Made by a program: the position numbers and the translations under genes. From assembly GCA_965662845.1 (NCBI GenBank), contig CBFIJD010000008.1:1-47375 (forward strand): 47,375 nt of DNA, read 5' to 3'. The notes beneath the pieces were generated by a model. It had not been told where the DNA came from. It made no database searches and saw nothing but the letters and a program-made list of their open reading frames with translations. Positions 34,973-45,396 of the stretch are shown in pieces. This DNA comes from an uncultured bacterium. Its GTDB lineage: Bacteria; SAR324; NAC60-12. Every line of letters begins with the position of its first letter. Positions within the stretch are counted from its first letter, which is position 1.

Positions 34973-37129
34973 TCAGGCTTGGTCGTCGCTGGTGTACCAG
35001 TTCAGCATGTTGAGTTGTGAGTTGATCACCTCGTCATTGCCTTCGGGGACTAAGCGCACATAAGAGCCATCCGTTTGAAGCTCAAAGGCTTGCTGGTTGT
35101 CGCGCAGCATCGGTTCAAGGATGACTTCGCGTATGTGATCTCGCAACGCTTGGGCGAGCACGGGGGTGACGACTTCCACGCGCTTGTCGAGATTGCGTTC
35201 CATCAAATCTGCGCTTCCGATGTAAATCTCTTCCTTGCCCGCGTTGCCAAAACAATAGATGCGGTGATGCTCCAAGAAGCGCCCGATGACAGAGACCACA
35301 CGAATGTTGTCGCTGATGCCGGGAATGCCTGGCCGCAAGCAGCAGATGCCCCGCACAATCAGGTCAATTTTAACGCCGGCTTGGGAAGCTTTGTATAAGG
35401 CGTGGATGATGTTGGGGTGAGTTATCGCGTTGGTCTTGAAGACGAGATGCGCTGAACGTCCTGCCTTCGCGTGTTCAATCTCGCGCTTGATCAGATCCTC
35501 AATGCGGTTGCGTAAGGAGCGCGGCGCTACCAAAAGTTTGTCATAGCTCTTCTTGCCTGAATATCCGGTGAGATAGTTGAAGACGTCCGTCACATCGCGC
35601 CCGAGCGCTTCGTTCGCGGTGAAGATGCCCAAGTCGGTGTAAATTTTTGCGGTCCCAGGGTTGTAGTTGCCAGTTCCGATGTGCATATAGCGTCGAATCC
35701 CCTCCGCCTCTTTGCGGATCACCATGCAGAGCTTGCAGTGAGTTTTGAGCTTGTGGACTCCGTAGACGACGTGGGCTCCGACGGATTCAAGTTTGCGTGC
35801 CCACACGATGTTATTGCGCTCGTCAAAGCGGGCTTTCAACTCGACCAGAACCGCGACCTGTTTGCCTGCCTCTGCGGCTTCGATCAGGTGCTGTACAATC
35901 TGTGGATTAGATCCCACCCGATAGAGCGTCATCTTGATCCCAATCACTTGGGGATCTTTCACAGCGGCCGCAACGAATTCCTCTACGGAAGAAAAAGATT
36001 CGTACGGGTGGTGCACCATGAAGTCCTGCAGCTTGATGCGGTCAAAGATCGTGTCTTGCAGACTATGCGAGAACAACACAGGCGGCGCGAAGGGAGCGTC
36101 CTTCAATTGCGGCAGGGGGAGTTTCAGGAGCGAAAACCAGTCTCCAAAGTTCATGCGGTGATCGGTGCGGGTGACGATGCCTTGTCCTTCTTCCATCTCA
36201 AAGTTTTCTACCAACACAGAGAGCATCTCGTCTGGCATCCCCGTTTCCACTTGCAGCAGCGAGACGTTGCCATAGCGCAGTTGCTTCAGGCTGCGGTCTA
36301 CATTTTGGAGCAAATCGCCGGCTTCATCTTCTTGAATCACGAGGTCAGTGTCGCGAATTACGCGGAAGACGTACACGTCTAGCAGGTCATTCTCGGGGAA
36401 GAGTTCGGTGAGGTTGTCTTTGATGACATCTTCCAAGAAAACGAAGGCGTGCTGCGCTCCGTCGGCTAATTCTGGAGGGACGGGAATAAAGCGAGGTAGA
36501 ACGGCTGGAATCTTCAACCGCGCAAAGTTCTTTTCACGTTGACCGTGCCTGACCACGACGGCGAGATTCAGGCTCATGCTGGAAATGAACGGGAACGGAT
36601 GGCCGGGGTCAAAGGCGAGCGGCGTCAGCACTGGATGAACTTCTTGCATGTAATATTCAGAGAGGTGCTTGCGCAGAGCCTCGCTATACTCTTGCGGCTC
36701 CATCAAACGGATGGAGTGCTTTACTAGGGCAGGTTGAAGAATCTTCGTCCAGCACTCCTGTTGAGCGTGCTTCATTTTCTGCACACGGTCTGTGATCGCC
36801 TCGAGCTGCTGCTCTGCGTTGAGGCCGTCGGGAGCAAGGGTCTCACTCTCCGAGCGGATCTGCTTGAGCAAGGCCGCGACACGCACCATGAAAAATTCGT
36901 CAAGGTTGGTCTGCACAATGGCCAGAAACTTGACCCGCTCCAACAGCGGATGCTTCTCGTCGAGCGCTTGATCCAGCACGCGCTGGTTGAACTCTAACCA
37001 ACTGAGTTCCCGATTGATGTAGAGCCGAGGATCATCAAAATTTTCCGGATCTAGTCCGTTCCATTCGTTGGTCGCGACGCTTTGAGAAGGAGCTTCTTGG
37101 GTGGAGGAGGCGCTTTGCTCTTGTTCCAT
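34973..37129 (-). CDS. ppk1: Polyphosphate kinase 1
   Basis: INRELSWLEFNQRV, HPFPFIS, HHPYESF, ELKARFDE, KTHCK, GTGNYN, GRFLEH, SADLMERNL. Confidence 0.97.
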   Translation of the reverse strand: MEQEQSASSTQEAPSQSVATNEWNGLDPENFDDPRLYINRELSWLEFNQRVLDQALDEKHPLLERVKFLAIVQTNLDEFFMVRVAALLKQIRSESETLAPDGLNAEQQLEAITDRVQKMKHAQQECWTKILQPALVKHSIRLMEPQEYSEALRKHLSEYYMQEVHPVLTPLAFDPGHPFPFISSMSLNLAVVVRHGQREKNFARLKIPAVLPRFIPVPPELADGAQHAFVFLEDVIKDNLTELFPENDLLDVYVFRVIRDTDLVIQEDEAGDLLQNVDRSLKQLRYGNVSLLQVETGMPDEMLSVLVENFEMEEGQGIVTRTDHRMNFGDWFSLLKLPLPQLKDAPFAPPVLFSHSLQDTIFDRIKLQDFMVHHPYESFSSVEEFVAAAVKDPQVIGIKMTLYRVGSNPQIVQHLIEAAEAGKQVAVLVELKARFDERNNIVWARKLESVGAHVVYGVHKLKTHCKLCMVIRKEAEGIRRYMHIGTGNYNPGTAKIYTDLGIFTANEALGRDVTDVFNYLTGYSGKKSYDKLLVAPRSLRNRIEDLIKREIEHAKAGRSAHLVFKTNAITHPNIIHALYKASQAGVKIDLIVRGICCLRPGIPGISDNIRVVSVIGRFLEHHRIYCFGNAGKEEIYIGSADLMERNLDKRVEVVTPVLAQALRDHIREVILEPMLRDNQQAFELQTDGSYVRLVPEGNDEVINSQLNMLNWYTSDDQA

Positions 37130-37350
37130 AGGATCCTGTCCGCTTGGGTGAGGAATTCAGAAGAATGTCGGACGAAAAAAGTCCGAAAGAAATCAATACT
37201 GTGAAGGAATTGTTAGCTGAATATTAGCACCGCGGCATCCATTGCGACTCTATTCAACAGAAAGGCAGGTGTCTCCTGGCACAGAAAGATCGCCCGCTGG
37301 AAAAGGGCTTTTTCAGGTGATGAGGGGCTGAAATGCGAGAAAAGATATTC

Positions 37351-37364
37351 ATTGAATATTCAAT
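37351..37364. promoter_or_regulatory. Perfect 14-bp palindrome (operator-like) in the ppk1 / small-ORF divergent region
   Basis: ATTGAATATTCAAT. Confidence 0.4.
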
Positions 37365-37436
37365 AGGCTTATGTTAGCCTGTGCTCACTTTCTTGGAAGT
37401 GAAAGAGTTGTCACAACCGCAATATAGGAGAGCGAT

Positions 37437-37691
37437 ATGCACAGCTTGCCAGCAAAGCCAGCGTCCCCAACAAATATTCGGTCAAGTCGAACGCCTCGTC
37501 ATGCCGTGAGCAGTCGGCTCCGCGAACTGTCAGCCGAAAACCGCCGTTTACGCGAAGTGAACCGAAAAGTGATGGAGCGCCTCGAAGCCGCTGAGCGCAT
37601 CAACGCCGCGCTGATGAGTAGAAACCAGCAGCTGGAGACCACCGTAACAAGGGTTCGAGACGCAGCTATTTTTGAAAATGACTCTGCCTAA
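37437..37691 (+). CDS. Small coiled-coil hypothetical protein
   Basis: SD AGGAGAG; heptad pattern LRELSAENRRLREVNRKVMERL. Confidence 0.6.
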   Translation: MHSLPAKPASPTNIRSSRTPRHAVSSRLRELSAENRRLREVNRKVMERLEAAERINAALMSRNQQLETTVTRVRDAAIFENDSA

Positions 37692-37701
37692 GGAGCAAAA
37701 C

Positions 37702-37875
37702 ATGAAGAAGGGCTATATTATTCAGGAATGGAATTCTGAACAGAGCAGTTGGGAAAATATTACGTCGACGTCTCAGCTGCTCAATCGTCAGGAAATGCAG
37801 AATTTGATTTCATTGATGAACCGCGAGAGGTGCGGTCGGCGTCTCCGCGCCTATCACCTGTTGACCGTGGGCTGA
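37702..37875 (+). CDS. Small hypothetical protein (57 aa)
   Basis: SD AAGGAG overlapping the upstream stop; MKKGYIIQEWNSEQSSWENI. Confidence 0.55.
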   Translation: MKKGYIIQEWNSEQSSWENITSTSQLLNRQEMQNLISLMNRERCGRRLRAYHLLTVG

Positions 37876-37945
37876 GGCAAACAGGAGACCGCCTCTGGAG
37901 CGAAAACCGATTATCGTCGAAAAAGATTGCGGATATGCTAATTTA

Positions 37946-37961
37946 GGGCACAAAAATTGCG
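37946..37961 (+). promoter_or_regulatory. Sigma54 -24/-12 promoter upstream of the FliM-like gene
   Basis: GGGCAC-AAAAA-TTGCG matches GGCAC-N5-TTGC (GG-N10-GC), about 40 nt before the ATG. Confidence 0.6.
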
Positions 37962-38000
37962 GAGATTTCTTCTGAAAACACTCCACAGAAATGAGGCTGA

Positions 38001-38702
38001 ATGCAGCAAATTCCTTCGACTCCAATCCAAGACGGACATCTCGATCAAGACATCATGGACGGGATGCTCCGCGAGACTTTTCAAGACGAACGCAGTGAAG
38101 AGACAGAGTCCCAAGAGGCTCTGTTTCAAATCGACCCTTCCTTAGACCGCGCCCTCTGGCCGATGGCCGAAAAGTTTTCTTCCTATCTACGCCTGATCTT
38201 GATGCAGGTGTTGCCTCGCCAGTTAGGAATTGAGTTCCAGCAAAACTACCAGCTGTCCTATCAAGAACTCAGCGAGTTTATCCCTGAACGCTCCTATTTC
38301 TCTATGATTTGGATGCGGCCCGACGCTTCTGTGTGGTTCATGCACTTAGATCGTCAATTAGCAGAGGGGATGGCTGGGCGAAAATACAACCTAGAGTTTG
38401 GACCCAGCGGCAAGCGCTGGCATGAGGTCGCAGAAGCTGACTCAAGCATTTATTTAGAAATCGGAGAGTTGTTGCGGCGCTGCTTCAACGGGATCCCCAA
38501 AGCCTGGGGGGCGAGAGGCAAGTTGGAGGTCGATTGCTTTCGGCACATGCTCCAACCCGCATTCTTGGAAGAGGTTCAGCCGGATGATCTCTATGTAGTG
38601 CAAAAATTTGAGGTGCAGCACCCCGAGCTGAACGGGACGCTCCACCTTGGAGTGCCTTATTTTATGATTCTGCGATTATTGGGGACTGAATTAGCTGCCT
38701 GA
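38001..38702 (+). CDS. FliM-like protein (N-terminal peptide plus CheC-like middle domain, no C-terminal SpoA domain)
   Basis: [10 protein letters not shown] resembles the FliM LSQxEIDALL peptide; EKFSSYL..QLSYQEL..IP and GTLHLGVPY resemble the FliM middle domain. Confidence 0.55.
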   Translation: MQQIPSTPIQDGHLDQDIMDGMLRETFQDERSEETESQEALFQIDPSLDRALWPMAEKFSSYLRLILMQVLPRQLGIEFQQNYQLSYQELSEFIPERSYFSMIWMRPDASVWFMHLDRQLAEGMAGRKYNLEFGPSGKRWHEVAEADSSIYLEIGELLRRCFNGIPKAWGARGKLEVDCFRHMLQPAFLEEVQPDDLYVVQKFEVQHPELNGTLHLGVPYFMILRLLGTELAA

Positions 38703-40529
38703 GCCGCTCCCTCCCCCACCGTCCACCTTCAGAACAGCCATGAACGCCTCTTGAGGGACCTCGACTGCCCCAAGCCGCTTCATGCGTCTCTTGCCTTCTT
38801 TCTGCTTTTCTAAGAGCTTCCGCTTTCGCGACACGTCGCCACCGTAGCATTTCGCAGTCACATCTTTGCGCAGCGCTCCTAGGGTCTCTCTGGCGATCAC
38901 TTTGGCTCCGATCGCCGCTTGAATAGCGACTTCATACATTTGGCGAGGCAACAACTTTTTGAATTGTTTGCACAACTCTCGACCTCGGTAATACGACTGC
39001 TCTTTGGGGACGATCAACGAGAGCGCGTCGACGACATCTCCATTTAACAAGAGATCTAGTTTGACCAAATCTCCTTTGCGGTAATCGGCCAATTCGTAAT
39101 CGAAGGATGCGTATCCTCGCGAAATCGATTTCAGCTTGTCGTAAAAATCCAAAACAATCTCATTCAAGGGGAACTCATATTCTACCATGACGCGCCCGGG
39201 GCCGGGATATTCCATGTTGGTTTGAATCCCACGTCGCTCCTGCGCCAGCTTGATGATGTTCCCCACAAATTCATTTGGCGTAAAGACTCGACTCCGGATG
39301 TAAGGCTCCTCGATGTAGTCAATCTCCATGACGGGCGGCAGTTGGGAGGGATTGTCTACGCGGAGTATCTCTCCGTTTTTCATGTATACGTTGTAGATCA
39401 CGCTGGGCGCGGTCGTAATCAGGTTAATTTGAAATTCACGCTCCAGGCGTTCTTGCGCGATTTCCATGTGTAGCAACCCTAAAAAACCGCAACGAAAACC
39501 GAAGCCCAGCGCGGCGGAAGTCTCTGGTTCGACGGTGATTGAAGAGTCGTTCAAGGTGAGCTTGCGCAAGGCTTCTTTCAAATCTTCGTATTGCTCGCTG
39601 CTCACCGGATACAGACCACTAAAAACCATCGGTTTGGCTTCGGCGTAGCCAGGTAGAGGCTCGGCTGCCGGGTGGTTTGCCAGAGTGACGGTGTCTCCGA
39701 TTTTGGTATGCCCGATCGTCTTGATGGAGCCCACGAGAAAACCGACCTCACCCGGGCCTAGCTCTTGGCGCTCTTTCCGCGTTGGCGTGAAGACACCCAG
39801 CTGGGTGACATCATAATCTTGCTCGGTCGCCATGAAATGAATGCGATCGCCGACTCGGACTCGTCCTTCAACCACGCGCACTAAAATGACGATGCCGAGG
39901 TACGCATCAAACCAAGAGTCGAAGATCAGGGCTCGCAGCGTAGAGTGCTCAACATTTTTGGGGGGCGGAATGAGGTGGATGATCTGTTCCAGTAGCTCAT
40001 CAATGCCAAGGTTGTTCTTCGCGCTCACCATCGCAGCATCTTGGGCGTCGAGGCCAATGATGTCTTCAATTTCAGATTTGACGCGATCCGGTTCGGCTGT
40101 GGGTAAGTCGATCTTGTTGAGGACTGGCAAAATTTCCAAATCGTTGTCTAACGCTAGATATACGTTCGCCAGCGTTTGGGCTTCCACGCCTTGTGCTGCG
40201 TCTACGACTAACAATGCGCCTTCACAGGCTGCCAGAGAGCGGGAGACCTCATAAGTAAAGTCGACGTGTCCCGGGGTGTCGATCAAATTGAGAGTGTAGG
40301 TGTGTCCGTCTTGGGCTTCATACTTCAGGCGGACTGTTTGGGATTTCACGGTGATGCCACGTTCGCGCTCGATGTCCATGTTGTCGAGCAATTGCTCTTG
40401 GGCCTCGCGGTCGGTAATCGCGTGGGTGGTCTTCATCAAGCAGTCGGCTAGCGTCGACTTGCCGTGGTCGATGTGCGCGATGATCGAAAAATTACGGATG
40501 TATTGAGGGTCGGTGCTTTCAGATTTCAT
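38691..40529 (-). CDS. lepA: Elongation factor 4
   Basis: [54 protein letters not shown]. Confidence 0.98.
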   Translation of the reverse strand: MKSESTDPQYIRNFSIIAHIDHGKSTLADCLMKTTHAITDREAQEQLLDNMDIERERGITVKSQTVRLKYEAQDGHTYTLNLIDTPGHVDFTYEVSRSLAACEGALLVVDAAQGVEAQTLANVYLALDNDLEILPVLNKIDLPTAEPDRVKSEIEDIIGLDAQDAAMVSAKNNLGIDELLEQIIHLIPPPKNVEHSTLRALIFDSWFDAYLGIVILVRVVEGRVRVGDRIHFMATEQDYDVTQLGVFTPTRKERQELGPGEVGFLVGSIKTIGHTKIGDTVTLANHPAAEPLPGYAEAKPMVFSGLYPVSSEQYEDLKEALRKLTLNDSSITVEPETSAALGFGFRCGFLGLLHMEIAQERLEREFQINLITTAPSVIYNVYMKNGEILRVDNPSQLPPVMEIDYIEEPYIRSRVFTPNEFVGNIIKLAQERRGIQTNMEYPGPGRVMVEYEFPLNEIVLDFYDKLKSISRGYASFDYELADYRKGDLVKLDLLLNGDVVDALSLIVPKEQSYYRGRELCKQFKKLLPRQMYEVAIQAAIGAKVIARETLGALRKDVTAKCYGGDVSRKRKLLEKQKEGKRRMKRLGAVEVPQEAFMAVLKVDGGGGSGSGS

Positions 40530-40716
40530 GGTGCGGAGACCGGAGAAAAAGGAATGAATCGGACAAATAGAGGGAGTCTTTTGAAAAAATCGAAGCAAGA
40601 TAGCAGTTCCCTTGCGTTCCTGCTAGAGGATTCTCTCGTCATTGGTTTGCTTTTTGCCCAAGCGTTCCATAGACTCAAAAACTTGAAAAATTCTGACTAA
40701 TTTCAAAGGGTTTTCT

Positions 40717-41490
40717 ATGCAACCTCAGAAAAATTTGAACTTCATTTTTCGCATATTTTTTTACTCGTTTTATGTGTTTTTGCGGGTTTTGTTGAGTCGT
40801 CGCGCTGGAAATTACATTCACGCCTCTCTGCAGGAGGTAAAGCGAGTCAATCAAGAAGAAAGAGCCGAACGCCGAGCCGCGAAAGAAGCACGCAAAGCGG
40901 CCAAACGCTTGGAGAAAGAACGCAAGCGGGCTGCCAAACGAGGGGAGCCGCTTCCCGAAGTTCCTGAAACAGAGGCTTTACCGCTCTCGTCCGAACCTGA
41001 AGCCAGCCCATCGTCGTCGGTTTCAGAAGAAATAGAAGCGCAAGCGGGAGAGGTTGCCCCGGCTCCTGTAGAACAGGCCCCAACGCCGCTCAAAGAGCCT
41101 GAGCCTGAGCGTGTAGATGGCGTGTATTTGTTGGCGCTCCTGCAAAAGAGAGGGCGGTTCGTAGACTTTTTGCAGCAAGACATCACGAGTTTTTCAAATG
41201 CAGAGGTCGGGGAAGCCGCCCGCGTTGTGCACGATGGGTGTTCTCAAACCCTGCGGGAATACTTCACTCTGGAACCGATTCGCCCTGAAGAAGAGGGAGA
41301 GCAAGTCACGATCGAAGCCGAATATTCGCTCGCTGAAATCAGCCTGGTGGGCAATGTGAGCCGCCAGCCCCCCTATCGTGGAGAGCTTTTGCATCACGGC
41401 TGGAAAATCACCGACCAGCACCCCCCGAAGCGGTTAGATCCGGCAAGCGCGCACGTGGTGCAACCGGCTGAAATTGAACTGCGGTCATGA
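40717..41490 (+). CDS. DUF2760-domain protein
   Basis: LLALLQKRGRFVDFL, VGEAARVVHDGC, LVGNV..PPYRG.L.H.GW, V.PAEIEL; N-terminal hydrophobic segment. Confidence 0.75.
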   Translation: MQPQKNLNFIFRIFFYSFYVFLRVLLSRRAGNYIHASLQEVKRVNQEERAERRAAKEARKAAKRLEKERKRAAKRGEPLPEVPETEALPLSSEPEASPSSSVSEEIEAQAGEVAPAPVEQAPTPLKEPEPERVDGVYLLALLQKRGRFVDFLQQDITSFSNAEVGEAARVVHDGCSQTLREYFTLEPIRPEEEGEQVTIEAEYSLAEISLVGNVSRQPPYRGELLHHGWKITDQHPPKRLDPASAHVVQPAEIELRS

Positions 41491-41642
41491 CGAACACTAG
41501 CTTTCGCCTTCAGGCGGTGCTAGGCTTTCACATCTTTCGGATGACCGAGAGATCCTATGTTTCATCCAACGCTATGCTGACGAGAAGATTTGGTGGGCGA
41601 AGGATGCTTGTTACTCATCCCGCTTCTTGCAAGGAGTTGACT

Positions 41643-41933
41643 ATGAAGAAAGTTGCCGCAACCCTGACCGTTCTGCTGCTGGCCGCTGGTTTCTCAACCG
41701 CGTATGCCTGCGAACACTACAAATCCTACACCATGGCTCGCGCCACGACGGAAGCGCCAAAAGGCCAGTTTGTGCTTGAAATGGAAGGCAAGCGCTTGGA
41801 AAAGCGCAACGTCTCCCCCGGTGAAACTGTCTACACTGTGAAGTCAACCGTCGGTGAAGTTTTGGCGCAAGACATCAACGACGTGGAACTGTCACAGCGC
41901 TATCCAGAGATCTACAGCCGCATGAACGGCTAA
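41643..41933 (+). CDS. Small exported hypothetical protein
   Basis: SD AAGGAG; signal peptide MKKVAATLTVLLLAAGFSTAYA. Confidence 0.75.
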   Translation: MKKVAATLTVLLLAAGFSTAYACEHYKSYTMARATTEAPKGQFVLEMEGKRLEKRNVSPGETVYTVKSTVGEVLAQDINDVELSQRYPEIYSRMNG

Positions 41934-41964
41934 GCTGCGACTTTTTTAGGCGTGTCTCATCGAC

Positions 41965-43014
41965 ATGCCTATGACCTCACTTCCACACACTTCCCTTCTC
42001 CGCGATACTTCCCGCATGAAACAACAATCCGCCGCTCTCACGCCCCAACAGTTGGAGCAACTGCACGCCCGCATGCAGGAATTTCCCGCTCAGTTTAAGA
42101 AAGAAATTCGCAAAGTCATTGTCGGACAAGAAGAGATCCTAGATCTCTTGCTGGTCGGGCTCTTTTGCAATGGACACATCTTATTGACGGGAGTCCCTGG
42201 GCTGGCCAAAACTTTGCTCATCAAAACCCTCGCGAACCTGTTTCATCTGGAATTCAACCGCATTCAGTGCACTCCCGATTTGATGCCCTCTGACATCAGC
42301 GGCGTGGAAGTGCTTGACGAAAACCCGCATGAGCGCACGTTTCGCTTCATTGAAGGGCCCGTGTTCACCAACTTGTTGCTTGCTGACGAAATTAACCGAA
42401 CGTCTCCACGCACTCAAGCCGCGCTGTTGCAGGCGATGCAAGAAAAACAAGTGACGGTCTCGGGCAAAACCCACCAGCTGTCACTGCCATTTATCGTCTT
42501 TGCGACCCAAAACCCGATCGATTCCGAGGGAACCTATCCACTCCCCGAAGCACAGCTAGACCGATTCTTGTTCAATGTGGATGTCGGGTATCCTACCGCA
42601 GACGAAGAAGTCCAAATCGCCCTACAAAAATCACAAGAAGCCGAGATGCCCGCCGCCCTCTTCACAGGCGCTGAGCTGCTGGGGTTGCAGCAGCTCGTCG
42701 ATGAAGTGCCACTGGCTCCTCATTTGGTGGAATGGGCTGTTCAACTAGTGCGCGCCACGCGCCCGCAAGAAAGCGCCTTAGAGCCCGTCAAAAAATATGT
42801 GGAGTGGGGCGCCGGAGTGCGCGCCTCTCAAAGCTTAGTGCGCGCCGCTCGCGCCAAAGCCTTGCTTTCTGGCGAAAACGTCGTTACCAAACAGCACCTT
42901 CGCGCGGTGATGCCCGCAGTCTTGCGGCATCGTATTATTGTCAACTTTGTCGGCGAAGCCGAGCAATGGAGCGCTGAGCGCATCATTGCGCTTCTGCTTG
43001 AACACCACACCTGA
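41965..43014 (+). CDS. MoxR-family AAA+ ATPase
   Basis: GVPGLAKT Walker A, RIQCTPDLMPSD, LADEINR, ATQNP..EGTYPLPEAQLDRF; start may be 42016. Confidence 0.93.
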   Translation: MPMTSLPHTSLLRDTSRMKQQSAALTPQQLEQLHARMQEFPAQFKKEIRKVIVGQEEILDLLLVGLFCNGHILLTGVPGLAKTLLIKTLANLFHLEFNRIQCTPDLMPSDISGVEVLDENPHERTFRFIEGPVFTNLLLADEINRTSPRTQAALLQAMQEKQVTVSGKTHQLSLPFIVFATQNPIDSEGTYPLPEAQLDRFLFNVDVGYPTADEEVQIALQKSQEAEMPAALFTGAELLGLQQLVDEVPLAPHLVEWAVQLVRATRPQESALEPVKKYVEWGAGVRASQSLVRAARAKALLSGENVVTKQHLRAVMPAVLRHRIIVNFVGEAEQWSAERIIALLLEHHT

Positions 43015-43026
43015 GTCGCAATTCCT

Positions 43027-45336
43027 ATGGAAGGAACCGAAACAACCTCGTCCCCGAACCTCCCTGTCGAAGCCATCCTTCAACGCCTTGCAACTGAGTT
43101 CCCACACCAACCGCAGCAAATCCGAAACACGCTCACCTTGTTGCTGGGCGACAACACCATCCCGTTTGTAGCGCGCTACCGCAAAGAACAAACTGGCAAC
43201 TTGGACGAAGTGCAAATCGGTGATTTGTATGATCGCTATGAATATCTGAAGGAACTCGAAGAGCGCCGTGAGACCATCTTGGGGAGCATCACAGAACAAG
43301 AGAAGCTGACCCCAGAACTCGATCAGCGCATCAAAGCGGCGACGACGAAGCAAGAGCTGGAAGACCTCTATCTGCCCTACAAACCAAAGCGCCGCACGCG
43401 GGCCATGATCGCGAAGGAAAAAGGACTGCAACCGTTAGCCGAGCTGGCCTTTGAGGCCGAAGCGACGCGGGCTCGCGCGGAAGAGTGGATCGCTCAGTTC
43501 AATGCAGCCCAAGCGGAACCGCTGACCAATGAAGATGTGTGGCAAGGCGTGCGAGACATCTGGGCAGAGCAAGTCGCAGAAGACGCAGACACCCGCGCCG
43601 CTATTCGCGAGCTCACCTCAGCGCGTGGAACCTTTGTGACCGAAGCCAAGCCGGAGTGGCAAGAGAAGCAGTCCAAGTTTGAAATGTATTACAACTTCTC
43701 CGAGCCGGTCTCTAAGATTCAGGCGCACCGCTACCTAGCGATTCGACGTGGGGAAAAAGAAAACATCCTCCGCGTGCGGATCGATGTCCCTGAAGAGCCG
43801 GTGATCGCGTTTCTGCAGGAGCGCTGGCTAGAGCGTGTGAGCCCTGATTTTCGAGGGGAACTGCAAACGGCCATGCAGGACGCTTACGAGCGGTTGCTGG
43901 CCCCAGCGATTGAAAATGACCTGCGCACAGACCTGAAACAGCGCGCAGACGGGACGTCTATTGAGCTGTTCTCCAAGAATCTGAGCCAGCTGTTGATGCA
44001 GCCTCCCGGAGGAGCCCAAACCGTGATTGGACTCGACCCAGCCTTTCGTACAGGCACAAAGTGGGTCGTGATTGATGAAACGGGGCGACTGCTTGAGAAT
44101 GGCGTGATTTATCCAGTGGAACCACAAAACAAAGTGGAAGAGTCCCGCGCCCAACTGCAGCGACTGATCGACGCGCACAACGTGGACATCATCGCGATTG
44201 GGAATGGCACCGCTTCGCGCGAAGTCTCACAGTTTGTGAAAGCCTTCATCAAAGAAACCGAGTCGGATGTGCGACACTTGGTTGTGAACGAGTCTGGCGC
44301 CTCGGTGTACTCTGCATCAGAAGTGGCACGTCAAGAGTTTCCTGACTTGGATTTGACGATCCGCGGGGCGGTCTCAATCGCTCGACGTTACCAGGATCCG
44401 CTCGCAGAGTTAGTCAAAATCGACCCCAAATCCATCGGAGTTGGGCAATATCAGCATGATGTCAACCAGAAGCAACTAAAACAGTCGCTAGATCGCACCG
44501 TCGAATCGTGCGTGAACTTGGTCGGTGTTGAGCTGAACCAAGCTTCTTCTTCGCTGTTGGGATATGTGTCTGGCGTCACTAAAGCCTTAGCGAAACGAAT
44601 TGTGGAGCACCGTAACGAGAACGGCGCCTTCAAATCCCGAGAAGATTTGATGCAGGTCTCGGGCTTCGGCAAGAAAACCTATGAGCAGGCAGCGGGCTTC
44701 TTGCGCATTCGTGATGGCGCCAACCCACTGGACGCGTCCGCTGTGCACCCCGAACGCTATGAGGCTGTCGCGAACATGGCCGCCGCCCAAGGGCTCGAAG
44801 TCGCACAATTGATTGGAAACACCGAAGCGGTCAGCAGAATCAACATCAGCGATTATGAGTCTGAAGAGCTGGGGCGCTACACCCTGCAAGACATTTTGGC
44901 AGAGCTCCAAAAGCCGGGACGAGACCCACGAGAAGATCACAAAAACGTACAGTTCAATGATCAAATTGAAGACATCGCAGACTTGAAGCCGGGCATGAAG
45001 TTGAACGGGGTGGTGACAAATGTCACAAACTTCGGCGCGTTTGTAGACGTCGGCGTGCATCAAGATGGGCTAGTGCACATTTCGCAGATGTCGCAAAACT
45101 TCGTCAAAGATCCCTTAGAAGCCTGCACCGTCGGACAACCTGTTCAGGTTTGGGTGCTGGATGTGGACGCGAAACGGAAGCGCATCTCGCTCAGCTTGCG
45201 CTCTCCTGAAGCCGGACGCAGCGGCGGAAAAAGCAAAGCAAACCAAAAAAAGAGCAGCGGTAAGCGCAAGCCCGCACAACAAAAGCCTGTGGCCAACGTC
45301 ACGCTAGATCAACTGATGGACAAATTTAATTCCTAG
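43027..45336 (+). CDS. tex: Tex-family transcriptional accessory protein (S1 domain)
   Basis: TIPFVARYRKE, LEDLYLPYKPKRRT, GLDPAFRTG, ELVKIDPKSIGVGQYQHDV, C-terminal S1 FGAFVDVG. Confidence 0.95.
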   Translation: MEGTETTSSPNLPVEAILQRLATEFPHQPQQIRNTLTLLLGDNTIPFVARYRKEQTGNLDEVQIGDLYDRYEYLKELEERRETILGSITEQEKLTPELDQRIKAATTKQELEDLYLPYKPKRRTRAMIAKEKGLQPLAELAFEAEATRARAEEWIAQFNAAQAEPLTNEDVWQGVRDIWAEQVAEDADTRAAIRELTSARGTFVTEAKPEWQEKQSKFEMYYNFSEPVSKIQAHRYLAIRRGEKENILRVRIDVPEEPVIAFLQERWLERVSPDFRGELQTAMQDAYERLLAPAIENDLRTDLKQRADGTSIELFSKNLSQLLMQPPGGAQTVIGLDPAFRTGTKWVVIDETGRLLENGVIYPVEPQNKVEESRAQLQRLIDAHNVDIIAIGNGTASREVSQFVKAFIKETESDVRHLVVNESGASVYSASEVARQEFPDLDLTIRGAVSIARRYQDPLAELVKIDPKSIGVGQYQHDVNQKQLKQSLDRTVESCVNLVGVELNQASSSLLGYVSGVTKALAKRIVEHRNENGAFKSREDLMQVSGFGKKTYEQAAGFLRIRDGANPLDASAVHPERYEAVANMAAAQGLEVAQLIGNTEAVSRINISDYESEELGRYTLQDILAELQKPGRDPREDHKNVQFNDQIEDIADLKPGMKLNGVVTNVTNFGAFVDVGVHQDGLVHISQMSQNFVKDPLEACTVGQPVQVWVLDVDAKRKRISLSLRSPEAGRSGGKSKANQKKSSGKRKPAQQKPVANVTLDQLMDKFNS

Positions 45337-45396
45337 CGGTCATCTCTCCCTGCTCCGGCGGGGCCTTCCTCGATTCCTCACAGCATCTCCCCGACC

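Noticed and set aside
35681..36382. 233-aa plus-strand ORF
   Set aside because: Antisense shadow of ppk1
37277..37293. Sigma54 promoter at TGGCAC
   Set aside because: No GC at the required 10-nt spacing
38691..38720. LepA C-terminal GGGSGSGS tail as an engineered linker
   Set aside because: More simply a natural low-complexity extension overlapping the convergent gene; no other vector-like sequence
41577..41603. Hammerhead ribozyme core (CTGACGA)
   Set aside because: No stem II and no following GAAA
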